In this document: piece by piece, positions 55,353 through 64,000 of the stretch
Layout: every line of letters begins with the position of its first letter
Position numbering within the stretch: position 1 is the stretch's first letter
Origin: an uncultured Candidatus Saccharibacteria bacterium
GTDB lineage: Bacteria; Patescibacteriota; Doudnabacteria; UBA920
Length of the DNA stretch: 64,000 nucleotides
Direction of reading: 5' to 3'
Assembly (NCBI GenBank): GCA_964473815.1
Contig: CAYYQK010000001.1
Location: 93,523-157,522, forward strand
Translations under genes and position numbers: made by a program
The notes under the pieces: model-generated
Databases searched by the model: none
What the model was told of the DNA's origin: nothing
What the model saw: the letters and a program-made list of their open reading frames with translations, nothing else

Positions 55353-56207
55353 ATGAACAAGAAAATTGCCGCTGCAACCTTAATTTTAATCGGCCTGATC
55401 GTTGGCTTATTTTTAGGTTGGCCCGAGAAAATTCAAAAATGGTTAGGTAGCACGGATTTCGGCTCGCGGGTAATTTCGTATACATCAGAAGAGAATTTTC
55501 CCGCACCGCTGCGCGGCTTGCTCGACTCGAGTGCAAAAAGTTATCTAACCAAACAAGGTGTCATTGATGAAACCAATAAACAACGAGCTAACAATGGCAA
55601 CACACCGTTACACGAAAATGCTCGCTTAGACAAAGCCGCTGAAGCAAAAGTTGATGATATGTTTGCCCAACAATATTTTGAACATAAGTCGCCGGATGGA
55701 AAAATGCCAGCTGACTTGGCTCACGCCCAAGGTTATGATTTTGTTGTTGTTGGAGAAAATCTTGCTTTAGGAAATTTTGAGAATGATAAAGCTCTTGTCG
55801 AAGCCTGGATGAACAGCCCTGGTCATCGCGCGAATATTTTACATTCCTCCTATCAGGAAATTGGAGTAGCGGTAAAGAAAGGTCAATTCGAAGGGAAGAC
55901 AGTTTGGTTGGCTGTACAGGAATTTGGTACGCCACTTTCAAATTGTCCTGGCGCTGATTTAAGTTTGAAGGCGCAGATAGATACTAACCGTGCTAATATT
56001 GCTGCGCTTCAAAGTTCATTGTCACAAGAAAAGGCTGATCTCAATTCAAACCGCTACTCTAACCGTGAAGAATACAATGCGGCAGTTGCGGTGTATAACA
56101 ACAATGTTAATAAAGTTAACGCGTTAATAAACGAAACGCAAAAGTTAGTGACACAATACAACAGCAGCGTCAATCAATTTAATTCTTGTTTGGAGACTAA
56201 TTCTTAG
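55353..56207 (+). CDS. CAP (SCP/PR1, YkwD-like) domain secreted protein with a C-terminal coiled coil
   Basis: N-terminal TM/signal. CAP motifs HENARLDKAAEAKVDDM...GENLA....AWMNSPGHRANIL. Confidence 0.65.
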   Translation: MNKKIAAATLILIGLIVGLFLGWPEKIQKWLGSTDFGSRVISYTSEENFPAPLRGLLDSSAKSYLTKQGVIDETNKQRANNGNTPLHENARLDKAAEAKVDDMFAQQYFEHKSPDGKMPADLAHAQGYDFVVVGENLALGNFENDKALVEAWMNSPGHRANILHSSYQEIGVAVKKGQFEGKTVWLAVQEFGTPLSNCPGADLSLKAQIDTNRANIAALQSSLSQEKADLNSNRYSNREEYNAAVAVYNNNVNKVNALINETQKLVTQYNSSVNQFNSCLETNS

Positions 56208-56208
56208 T

Positions 56209-57048
56209 ATGAGAAAAATTGATGTTGCTGGTTTAAAAATTGATGCGATTACAAAATCTGAACTACTGTCAGAAATTTCTGAGCGAATAGAACGCAAACA
56301 AAAAACTTTTGTTTCAACCCCTTACTCGGAATTTTTATACGCCAGCATTAAAGACGAACAACTCCGTACTGAGTTTAACAAAGCAGATTTTGCAATTCCA
56401 GATGGAGTTGGGGTAATTTGGGCGCATGCATTTTTGGCTGAGCCAGTAACTTGGCCTGGGTTTTTAAGTAAACTACAAATTTGGTGGCAAATGGTTTGGA
56501 CTGGCGCCTCTATTTTATTGAACCCAAAATACATTTACCGCGACATCCCAGAAAAAATTGTAGGTGCAGACTTTATTTGGGATTTAGCAAAGTTGGCTGA
56601 ACAAAAAAACTTTACGATTTTTTTGTGGGGCTCAAAAGATAACGAAGCTAAAATCACCGCCCAAAAATTAATTGCAAAGTTTCCAAATTTAAAAATTGTT
56701 GGCACTTCAAACAAAAATTTAGACGACAATACAATTTTCCAAGATTTAGACTCTGCTAAACCTGACATGTTGTTAGTAGCTTTGGCTGCTCAAGAAACAG
56801 AAAAATGGTTGGCGCAAAACCTGCAAAAAACTCCAGCTATGTTTGCAATTGGTTTGGGCGGCACATTCGATTACATTGCCGGAACAAAAAAACAACCGCC
56901 GCAGTTCGTCAGAAAAATTGGTTTGGAGTGGCTTTACCGACTCTTCACCCAACCATCGCGAGTTTTCAGAATTTATAGAGGCTTTGTTGGTTTAATTTTC
57001 CTGGTGATCAAGACCAAAACCAAGCTTGCCCGAGACAAGCAAAATTAG
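56209..57048 (+). CDS. WecB/TagA/CpsF-family glycosyltransferase (N-acetylmannosaminyltransferase-like)
   Basis: DGVGVIWA, FLWGSKDNEAKI, FAIGLGGTFDYIAG and LEWLYRLFTQPSR motifs. Confidence 0.8.
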   Translation: MRKIDVAGLKIDAITKSELLSEISERIERKQKTFVSTPYSEFLYASIKDEQLRTEFNKADFAIPDGVGVIWAHAFLAEPVTWPGFLSKLQIWWQMVWTGASILLNPKYIYRDIPEKIVGADFIWDLAKLAEQKNFTIFLWGSKDNEAKITAQKLIAKFPNLKIVGTSNKNLDDNTIFQDLDSAKPDMLLVALAAQETEKWLAQNLQKTPAMFAIGLGGTFDYIAGTKKQPPQFVRKIGLEWLYRLFTQPSRVFRIYRGFVGLIFLVIKTKTKLARDKQN

Positions 57049-57074
57049 CTATAATTAGCTAGAAATAAACTATT

Positions 57075-58556
57075 ATGGCTAATATTCGTACCCGTTTTGC
57101 CCCTAGTCCGACTGGGGAAATTCATATTGGAAATTTTCGAACCGCACTGTTCGCGTATTTATTTGCGCGCCACAACAACGGTACTTTTATTTTGCGCGTA
57201 GAAGATACTGACCAAAATCGCAAAGTCGAAGGCGCCATGGAGAACATGATTGCTGTTCTTGAAAAAATGGGTTTGCAAATTGATGAAGGTCCAGGCAAAG
57301 GCGAGCATGGTCCGTACATCCAATCGGAACGTTTAGACATTTATAAAAAATATATTGATGAATTAATTGCTAAAGGCGGTGCATATTATTGTTTTTGTAG
57401 TGCAGAACGTTTGGAAGAATTGCGCGCCGAACAAACTGCGTTAAAACAACCACCAATGTACGATCGTCATTGCCGCAACTTAAGTGACGAAGAGCTTGCT
57501 ACCAAGCAAGCTGAGTTTAAAGCGGCCGGTAAAAATCCGGTTGTTCGTCAAGCTAATCCAAGCGATGGACAAACTATTGTGCACGACATTGTCTATGGTG
57601 ACATTACTTATGACAATGCCACTTTGGATGATCAAGTTTTAATAAAATCCGATGGCTTTCCAACTTACCACTTCGCAGTTGTAATTGACGATCATTTGAT
57701 GGAAGTATCGCACATTATTCGTGGTGAGGAATGGATGCCTTCTACTCCAAAACATATAATTTTGTTCAATCATTTTGGTTGGGATATTCCGAAGTTTGCC
57801 CATTTCCCATTAATACTAAATCCTGATAAATCAAAACTTTCTAAACGCCAAGGTGATGTATCTGTGGAAGATTTTTTGAGTAGTGGCTATTTAGAAAAAA
57901 CTTTGGTGAACTTTGTGGCTTTGTTAGGGTGGAATCCAAAAACCGAGCAAGAAATTTTTTCATTGCAAGAATTAATAGAGCAATTTGATTTAGCCAAGGG
58001 CAATAAGTCTGGTGCTGTGTTTGATCGTGTAAAACTCGACTGGATGAACTCACATTACATCCGCGAAATGTCAGATGAAGAATTGTTGGGAAAATGTTTA
58101 CCGTTCTTAGAACAACAAAGCATTAATCTTGAAACTTTCGATAAAAATTATTTGCTCGCAGTTGTAAATTTAGAAAAGGAACGCTTAAAGAAATTATCCG
58201 AGATAGGGGATGAGCATGCAAAGTTTTATTTTGGAGCGCCCAACTACGACGGACAGATTTTAGTTTGGAAAAAATCTGACGCAGCAACAACAAAGCAAAA
58301 TTTAAAATTGTTGCAAGACCTATTCAATATTTCTGGTGACGACGTATTAGGGGATAGTGCCAAACTTGAAGAAACTATCAAAGCGTTTATTGCAGAACAT
58401 GGTCTGGATAATGGAAGTGTGTTGTGGCCGCTGCGCGTAGCCATGACTGGACTAGAAAAAAGCCCGGGACCATTCCAAGTCACAGCAACTTTGTTCAAAG
58501 GGTGGGGGAGAGCAGGTCTCAATGAGCGTTTAGAAAAAGCGATTTCATTGCTATAG
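57075..58556 (+). CDS. gltX: Glutamate--tRNA ligase
   Basis: RFAPSPTGEIHIGN (HIGH motif) and KLSKRQG (KMSKS motif). Confidence 0.9.
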   Translation: MANIRTRFAPSPTGEIHIGNFRTALFAYLFARHNNGTFILRVEDTDQNRKVEGAMENMIAVLEKMGLQIDEGPGKGEHGPYIQSERLDIYKKYIDELIAKGGAYYCFCSAERLEELRAEQTALKQPPMYDRHCRNLSDEELATKQAEFKAAGKNPVVRQANPSDGQTIVHDIVYGDITYDNATLDDQVLIKSDGFPTYHFAVVIDDHLMEVSHIIRGEEWMPSTPKHIILFNHFGWDIPKFAHFPLILNPDKSKLSKRQGDVSVEDFLSSGYLEKTLVNFVALLGWNPKTEQEIFSLQELIEQFDLAKGNKSGAVFDRVKLDWMNSHYIREMSDEELLGKCLPFLEQQSINLETFDKNYLLAVVNLEKERLKKLSEIGDEHAKFYFGAPNYDGQILVWKKSDAATTKQNLKLLQDLFNISGDDVLGDSAKLEETIKAFIAEHGLDNGSVLWPLRVAMTGLEKSPGPFQVTATLFKGWGRAGLNERLEKAISLL

Positions 58557-58600
58557 ACATTATCTAGCTTTTTTAGCCAAAATGTGCCATAATAAAGTTA

Positions 58601-59905
58601 ATGTTGGCACATTTAAAAGAAACTAAAACCAACATCAAACTCATTCTTATAGCCGCGGCATTACTGATGCTTGCCGTTGGTGTTTTTGTGTTTGCCTGGA
58701 AATATCAGATAAATATGGCAAATGCTGCGACCGCCAATCGTAGCGAGTTAAATAGCAAAATCCAGCAGTTGCAGACGAAAATTAATTCGTATCAACAATC
58801 GATTATAGAAACACAAAAACTTAGCGCCACTTTGCAGAATGAAATAACCATTTACGATAGTCAGATTGCCTCTCTCGAATTGCAAATTGAAGCAACGAAA
58901 ACTCAAACTGAAGACATGACTTTGCAAGTTAATGAATTGCAAACTCAAATCGACCGCCGTAAAGCCGAAATCGAAGATAACAAAGTAGTGCTTGGTGAAC
59001 TCGTTCGGCAAATTGCTCTTCTCGACAACGACTCATTCATTCAAATCGGCTTGGGCACAGACAACTTCTCTGCTTTTTTAGACCAAGTGCAATACAACAG
59101 AAGTATTTCACAGCAAGTCTATAACCTTGTGGCAAAAATAAAAGACATCAAGCAGAAACTGGAAACTCAGCAAAACGATTTAAAAAAATCTTTAGATAAG
59201 CTGAATGAACTTTCTCAGCAACTTCAAATATCCCAAGAAACTCTAAACGAACAAAAAACATCTAAGCAGCAATTGCTAGCGCAAACGAAAGGTAACGAAA
59301 AGAATTACCAGAAACTATTAGCAGCAACAACCAGCCAGCAGGGCAAAGTTGAAAAGGAATTGTATGACTTAGATGTTGCAGCTGGTCGAAGGGTTGGCGC
59401 GCCAAATATTTCGGCGAAAAAAGGCGTCTTGGCTTGGCCGATGGAAGGCGTAGTCACGCAAGGTTATGGCAACACTGGTTTTACGGACCTTGGCTATTCG
59501 TTCCACAACGGTATCGATATTGCTGCACCAGCAGGACAGCCAATTTACGCGGCTGCAGATGGAATAGTGGACACCTGCAATTCGAGTAATTATGCCTATG
59601 GAAATTGGTGTTCAATTCTGCACACTGTTGATTCAAATAGCGGCCCGGCGCAAATCGTTACTTTGTACGGTCATATGCGTTCTTATGTTGTTTCGGCTGG
59701 GCAGGTTGTGAAGCAGGGCGATTTAATTGGCTTTGAAGGAAATACTGGTAACACCACACGATTGCTATACGGCGCGGCCAGTGGTTTTCATGTCCACTTC
59801 ACAATCTTTGCCCGTACCGGTTATACTGTAACTAAAGGTTCGTATGGGGATTACTTAATTCCATCCGGTGTTACATTGAATCCATTTAGCTTCTTAGGTT
59901 CATAA
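58601..59905 (+). CDS. M23-family peptidoglycan metalloendopeptidase with an N-terminal coiled coil (EnvC-like)
   Basis: TM anchor and a long coiled coil. M23 motifs HNGIDIAAPAGQPIYAAADG and TLYGHM. Confidence 0.8.
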   Translation: MLAHLKETKTNIKLILIAAALLMLAVGVFVFAWKYQINMANAATANRSELNSKIQQLQTKINSYQQSIIETQKLSATLQNEITIYDSQIASLELQIEATKTQTEDMTLQVNELQTQIDRRKAEIEDNKVVLGELVRQIALLDNDSFIQIGLGTDNFSAFLDQVQYNRSISQQVYNLVAKIKDIKQKLETQQNDLKKSLDKLNELSQQLQISQETLNEQKTSKQQLLAQTKGNEKNYQKLLAATTSQQGKVEKELYDLDVAAGRRVGAPNISAKKGVLAWPMEGVVTQGYGNTGFTDLGYSFHNGIDIAAPAGQPIYAAADGIVDTCNSSNYAYGNWCSILHTVDSNSGPAQIVTLYGHMRSYVVSAGQVVKQGDLIGFEGNTGNTTRLLYGAASGFHVHFTIFARTGYTVTKGSYGDYLIPSGVTLNPFSFLGS

Positions 59906-59928
59906 AATAAATTGATGAGGAGAGATAG

Positions 59929-60945
59929 TTGAAAAGAGTTGCTTTAATTTTGATGACTGCAATACTGCCAGTAGAAATGCTACTGGGGTACTTGGCATTC
60001 GCACAACCGGTGCAAGCGCAATTGAATCCTCCCACCACAACGCAAACCGCTGCGCCGGAATATAAAAATGTTGATTCAAGTATTGAAAAATATTTGTGTA
60101 CCCCGAACGATAGTAATTTAGGCGGTGCGTTATTTAACTGTATTAGTAAGGTATATCGGTTTGGCGTGGCCTTTGGCGCCATTGCCGTAGTGTTCTTTAT
60201 AGTTCTTGCCGGATACATGTATATTACCGGCGGCGAGGCAGCTAAGGGCAAAGCTAAAACCATGATCCAGAATTCGATTATTGGAATTGCCTTGATGCTT
60301 GGAAGTTACTTGTTGTTGAGTTTTATTAATCCTGATTTAGTTAAAATTAAGCCCATTCAAGCGCCAATTTTTAGCGCTAGTGATTTGCCTAAGTGTGCGG
60401 ATGTGGGGCTGGGAGTTAATTGTGTTCTTCCTGATGGACAAGTGAACGTTCCTAATCCTGCTCCAGGCGGAGCAAGCGGTTGTGCTAACAGAGAAAGTGG
60501 AAGTTGTACAAAACAGGTAATTTCGGCCTGTCCAGCATTTGCCTCGCAAATGGAAAATTCGTTGAGAGCTTGTAACCAAGAAAGTATGGGTGGTCGCGCC
60601 GATATTGCAAGTACTGTGGACCGCTGTGACGAAACAACAACTGGAAAGGTGGTCGCATTCAGTTGGGGGTTATGGCAATTGAATGTTGCAGCTGGTAGTT
60701 ATGGCGCAGAGTTTCCTGAGTGTAAGGGGGTTTTGTCTCAAGCAGGTGGACCATGGAGTACTTTATGTATTACCGGAGGAACGTGTGGTCGTAAATGTAC
60801 TTTTGGAAAAGGTGCTGATGCGTTTTATGCTTGTACCAAAGCCCTTGCTGACCCAGTTCGTAACACAAAACAAGCCTGCAATTTATATGCAAAAAGTGGC
60901 TGGGGACCATGGCCTTATACGAAAAAAGTTTGTAACTTACCATAA
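59929..60945 (+). CDS. Secreted Cys-rich protein: VirB2/TrbC-like two-helix core fused to a lytic-transglycosylase-like C-terminal domain
   Basis: Signal peptide. Two-helix hairpin FGVAFGAIAVVFFIVLAGYMYITGG-EAAKGKAKTM-IQNSIIGIALMLGSYLLLSFI. C-terminal NQESMGG....FSWGLWQLN resembles the GH23 SLT motif (ES...GLMQ). 16 Cys residues. Confidence 0.5.
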   Translation: MKRVALILMTAILPVEMLLGYLAFAQPVQAQLNPPTTTQTAAPEYKNVDSSIEKYLCTPNDSNLGGALFNCISKVYRFGVAFGAIAVVFFIVLAGYMYITGGEAAKGKAKTMIQNSIIGIALMLGSYLLLSFINPDLVKIKPIQAPIFSASDLPKCADVGLGVNCVLPDGQVNVPNPAPGGASGCANRESGSCTKQVISACPAFASQMENSLRACNQESMGGRADIASTVDRCDETTTGKVVAFSWGLWQLNVAAGSYGAEFPECKGVLSQAGGPWSTLCITGGTCGRKCTFGKGADAFYACTKALADPVRNTKQACNLYAKSGWGPWPYTKKVCNLP

Positions 60946-60947
60946 AA

Positions 60948-61397
60948 ATGGATAAAAAATATATTTACATTATTGCAGGTATTCTCGCCTTATTGATCAT
61001 TCTAGGTATGGTTTTCATTTTGCTTAAACCTAAGAATAACAATTCAAATTCCATTTCAATAACGGGACTTAATAATCAACCGGTCAAAACTAAAGACTTT
61101 ATTTCAGCGTCCAAAACTTACGATAAAGAGACTGTAATTTTTTCTGATTCAGATTTAAATATTGAGTATGACGCTGCTTCTCAGTTTTTCCAAATCACCT
61201 TTACAAATGTTGACCCGCAAATACTTTTAGTTAATAGAGATAAGGCCGAAAAGCTCTTGCTGGATCAGTTAGGGGTATCGCAAAAGGATGCTTGTAATTT
61301 AAATGTTCGCGAAGTGTTGCCTCCTATTGATCCCACTGCCTCACAGGCAAAGTTTTACGTAATGAGTTTTTGTCCTGGCGGGGATAAATTTCCTTAA
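60948..61397 (+). CDS. Hypothetical membrane-anchored protein
   Basis: TM helix YIIAGILALLIILGMVFILL. Contains a CPGG motif. Confidence 0.4.
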   Translation: MDKKYIYIIAGILALLIILGMVFILLKPKNNNSNSISITGLNNQPVKTKDFISASKTYDKETVIFSDSDLNIEYDAASQFFQITFTNVDPQILLVNRDKAEKLLLDQLGVSQKDACNLNVREVLPPIDPTASQAKFYVMSFCPGGDKFP

Positions 61398-61405
61398 TAA
61401 TACTT

Positions 61406-62128
61406 ATGGATGAATTAGAGGATCAACAGAAAGAGGTTGTTATTAATAATAGTCGGTGGCCAGTCGCCATTGCGATTTTTTTTGGCACTTGGATAATCGG
61501 TATGTGTATTATTGTTGCCGGTTTAATGATTTCCAAAGAATTAGCGAAAAATAATGCACCGCAAAATATATCGAATATTCCTCCTCAAAAAACTGATATA
61601 GCAGTACCGGCCGGTATTCCGGTCTTGGGGAATAATAATGCCCCTGTAACTATTATTGAATTCGCAGACTTCCAATGTCCTTTTTGCGAAGAATGGCAAA
61701 AAAGTGTTTTCCCTGATTTAAAAAAGAATTACATTGATACAGGAAAGGCTCGCTTTGTATTTATGAATTACGCTTTCTTGGGTGAAGAGTCAGTTAAAGC
61801 GGCGGAGGCGGCAAGGTGCGCACAAGACCAAAATAAATTCTGGGAGTATCATGATAAATTGTATGAATTACAGAAAGGGGAGAATCAAGGAACCTTTTCT
61901 GATGCGAACCTAAAGAATTTTGCCAATCTGACTGGTTTGGAGTCCGGGAGTTTTAACAAATGTTTTGATTCAAGAACTTATCAGAAAGAAATTGAAGCAA
62001 ATGTTACCCAAGCGTCTCAGTATGGAGTGCAATCTACGCCAACTGTGTTTATTAATGGTTTAAAGTACGAAGGAGTTTATCCATACCAAACATATGCGGA
62101 TACCATTGAAATGTTGTTAAAAAAATAA
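61406..62128 (+). CDS. Membrane-anchored DsbA-family thiol:disulfide oxidoreductase
   Basis: TM anchor. Thioredoxin-fold CxxC active site FADFQCPFCEEW. DsbA-like helical insertion and a second Cys pair ARCAQD. Confidence 0.75.
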   Translation: MDELEDQQKEVVINNSRWPVAIAIFFGTWIIGMCIIVAGLMISKELAKNNAPQNISNIPPQKTDIAVPAGIPVLGNNNAPVTIIEFADFQCPFCEEWQKSVFPDLKKNYIDTGKARFVFMNYAFLGEESVKAAEAARCAQDQNKFWEYHDKLYELQKGENQGTFSDANLKNFANLTGLESGSFNKCFDSRTYQKEIEANVTQASQYGVQSTPTVFINGLKYEGVYPYQTYADTIEMLLKK

Positions 62129-63099
62129 TGATGAAACTAAAACAAAAATTAATTCGTGGCATTTTATTATTTGCATTCGCATTGGTTATTGCAAACCCTA
62201 CTTTTGTTTTTGCGCAGTCAAATAATAATTCGACGGGTGGAATCGGTTTAACCAATTATAGCGGAGTCGATAGTAGCATCAGTAAATATTTATGCACTCC
62301 ATCCGACCCATCTACCCCAGACAATAGTCAAGACCTACCTCGGTGTATAAATAAAGTCTACCGATTTGGCGTGGCCTTTGGCGCCATTGCGGTAGTGTTT
62401 TTTATAGTCTTGGCGGGTTACATGTATATTACCGGCGGTGAGGCAGCAAAAGGCAAAGCTAAAACCATGATTCAGAATGCTGTGATTGGCATTGGGTTGA
62501 TGCTGGGCAGTTATGTCATTTTGAGCTTTATCAATCCTACATTAGTTATTTATAAACCCATCCAGCCTCCAATTTTTATTGCATCTGATCTGGCTGATTG
62601 TGCGCAACTTGGTTTAGGTGAAGAATGTGTTTTGCCGGATGGAAGCACGGGCTTGTCAAATGGTAGTGGAGGAGGTACAAAATATGCGCCTTGCCCTGGC
62701 GGTCAGTTAGTTTCGGTGACCGGCGTTTCTACAGATGGAGGTGTTGGTCAAATTTGCAAAGCGCTCCTAGAAAAAATAGTCCAGTTAAAAGCGAATACAA
62801 AAGATATCCCTTGGTTAGCAACTTCTGCTGTTGATGGTACACACATTAGTCAGTGTCATAAATCAGGAAATGCCTACTCGGGTACTTGTGTAGACCTTGC
62901 TTTAAATGGTGGTCGCTCACCATCTTACACAAAAGAATCAGGATCTACCAATCCGAAGTGGGGGGACTTATGCAAAGCGATTTATAGTTTAGGTGGAGTA
63001 GCTATCGCAAATGAAGCATCTAAAAATTCTTCCTGTTCGCCTTACAAGGTTTATGACACAACAACAGGACCAAACTTACATATCTATTTATCTCAGTAA
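62128..63099 (+). CDS. Paralog of 59929: secreted VirB2/TrbC-like core with a divergent Cys-rich C-terminal domain
   Basis: Signal peptide. Core KVYRFGVAFGAIAVVFFIVLAGYMYITGGEAAKGKAKTMIQN is almost identical to the paralog, with about 90% nucleotide identity over roughly 130 nt. C-terminal domain differs (CHKSGNAYSGTC...). Confidence 0.5.
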   Translation: MMKLKQKLIRGILLFAFALVIANPTFVFAQSNNNSTGGIGLTNYSGVDSSISKYLCTPSDPSTPDNSQDLPRCINKVYRFGVAFGAIAVVFFIVLAGYMYITGGEAAKGKAKTMIQNAVIGIGLMLGSYVILSFINPTLVIYKPIQPPIFIASDLADCAQLGLGEECVLPDGSTGLSNGSGGGTKYAPCPGGQLVSVTGVSTDGGVGQICKALLEKIVQLKANTKDIPWLATSAVDGTHISQCHKSGNAYSGTCVDLALNGGRSPSYTKESGSTNPKWGDLCKAIYSLGGVAIANEASKNSSCSPYKVYDTTTGPNLHIYLSQ

Positions 63100-63161
63100 A
63101 TGTTAGGGCAGGGGAGTATACCCTACTTTCGTCAGTAGTAAAAAGTAACATAAAAATTTAG

Positions 63162-63185
63162 CCACCTAGAAGTAGGTGGTTTAAG
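63162..63185 (+). terminator. Rho-independent terminator
   Basis: ccaccta-gaag-taggtgg followed by TTT. Confidence 0.5.
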
Positions 63186-63545
63186 TTTGAAAAAATATTT
63201 ATGCGCAAAATAAATAATAGATATAAAAGTGCAAAGCATTGAAAACATATTTTGAATTAGCCTAACCGGTTCAAACCCAGTTTTATCACTATAAAGGATA
63301 TTATATATTATACATGTCGTAGAAGATACATTGTGCGACGTGAAAAATATGTTGTTTTGGTTGTCCCCTGTAGGACCTTCCTGTTTGGTACTATATTCCC
63401 TAATTTAAAATGCATCGCTATTAGTAGCGATGCATTCTCTGTTAGTTTGCTTATTATGTTCTTTTTAATTCTCTTCTGTATATTTATGAGCCTCAGTTTG
63501 ACGAACGACAGAATAAAAAGTATAACCTATTTTTCGTTTATGATA

Positions 63546-64000
63546 TTAGTTGTTTAGCTGCTTAACTTTCGACAACATGGGGATTAGCTCCCCTAATGCC
63601 TTTAAGACGTAATCTAAGTCAGCCTTGCCGGTATTATGACCCATGGTGAGCCTTATAGCTCCAAAGGCATCTTGCTTGTCGCGACCAATAGCAACTAGTA
63701 CATGTGATGGATCTAAACTTTGCGTTGCGCACGCGCTGCCTGTTGCCACTGCTACGTTTAAATTGTCCAAGTACAACATCAAGGTTTCGCCCTCAACATT
63801 TTTAAAACTTACATTGATATTATTTGCCAACCGATTTGATCCAGGCTTTGGGCCATTCAATGTAAATCCCTTTACTTTTTTCGACAGACGATCGTCAAAG
63901 TACTTCTGAAGCCCAAGCAAGCGTGTACTTTCTTTGTGAGCATCTTTTTGTGCAAGAGTTAGCGCGGTGGCGAGTCCAATAATTCCTGGAACGTTTTCAG
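63546..64000 (-). CDS. Cysteine desulfurase (class V aminotransferase; C-terminal part, N-terminus beyond the window)
   Basis: ATGSACAT...PSHVLVAIG...AIRLTMGHNT, the C-terminal active-site Cys loop region of NifS/IscS/SufS. The ORF continues past position 64000. Confidence 0.65.
   Translation of the reverse strand, partial: ENVPGIIGLATALTLAQKDAHKESTRLLGLQKYFDDRLSKKVKGFTLNGPKPGSNRLANNINVSFKNVEGETLMLYLDNLNVAVATGSACATQSLDPSHVLVAIGRDKQDAFGAIRLTMGHNTGKADLDYVLKALGELIPMLSKVKQLNN

Noticed and set aside
63255-63280. GGTTCAAACCC T-loop-like motif, a possible tRNA
   Set aside because: No acceptor stem, D-arm or anticodon arm can be built around it. It is an isolated motif in an AT-rich spacer.
63333-63557. 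74-aa ORF in the AT-rich spacer
   Set aside because: It has no SD and a hydrophobic low-complexity translation typical of AT-rich noise, and it overlaps the 3' end of the convergent cysteine desulfurase gene.
1-64000. CRISPR arrays, rRNA genes and IS or transposase genes
   Set aside because: No regularly spaced direct repeats, no rRNA-like conserved stretches, and no transposase or integrase-like ORFs were found. The compositional islands lack recognisable mobility genes or flanking direct repeats.

Overview
This 64 kb window is from a low-GC (about 40%) bacterial chromosome that is densely coded. Translation follows the standard code, with TGA, TAA and TAG all used as stops. The gene content suggests a small-genome, Gram-positive-type organism, possibly CPR or Saccharibacteria-like, but this is inference only. 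Supporting observations are a sortase with an LPXTG substrate, many genes lacking a Shine-Dalgarno, S11 and S9 carrying N-terminal extensions, a short AlaRS of 593 aa, and few biosynthetic genes.

The recognisable core includes a ribosomal/RNA polymerase block: infA-rpmJ-rpsM-rpsK-rpsD-rpoA-rplQ, followed by rplM-rpsI. Other housekeeping genes are alaS, gltX, fmt, def, msrA-msrB, ctpA, mltG, hup, greA-like, a NUDIX hydrolase and a SIS-domain sugar-phosphate isomerase. Cell-envelope glycan genes include a Wzx-like flippase, a cytidylyltransferase, a GT4 glycosyltransferase, an O-antigen-ligase-like protein, a WecB/TagA transferase and an M23 peptidase. There is an ECF sigma factor with a putative anti-sigma factor, two two-component pairs and an orphan REC protein.

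Several compositionally distinct insertions lie between these genes:
- An AT-rich (about 30% GC), six-gene, tightly overlapping operon at 50.2-54.8 kb, behind a consensus sigma-70 promoter. It encodes a dNK-like P-loop kinase, a cytidine-deaminase-fold protein, a 452-aa unknown protein, a SAM methyltransferase, a CYTH-like protein and an HD phosphohydrolase. This is the best candidate for an undescribed nucleotide-processing, defence or salvage system.
- A giant 1558-aa LPVTG-anchored adhesin, followed by a sortase homolog whose catalytic Cys is replaced by Ser.
- A duplicated cassette of Cys-rich secreted proteins with a VirB2/TrbC-like two-helix core, flanking a membrane-anchored DsbA-like oxidoreductase. 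One C-terminal domain carries a lytic-transglycosylase-like motif.
- Four GC-rich (about 50-55%) single-gene insertions between core operons. The largest, at 8889-11003, has its own consensus promoter and a strong Shine-Dalgarno.
- A roughly 165-nt GC-rich structured element with an intrinsic terminator, lying in an unusually long intergenic region upstream of a two-component operon.

No CRISPR array, rRNA or convincing tRNA was found.
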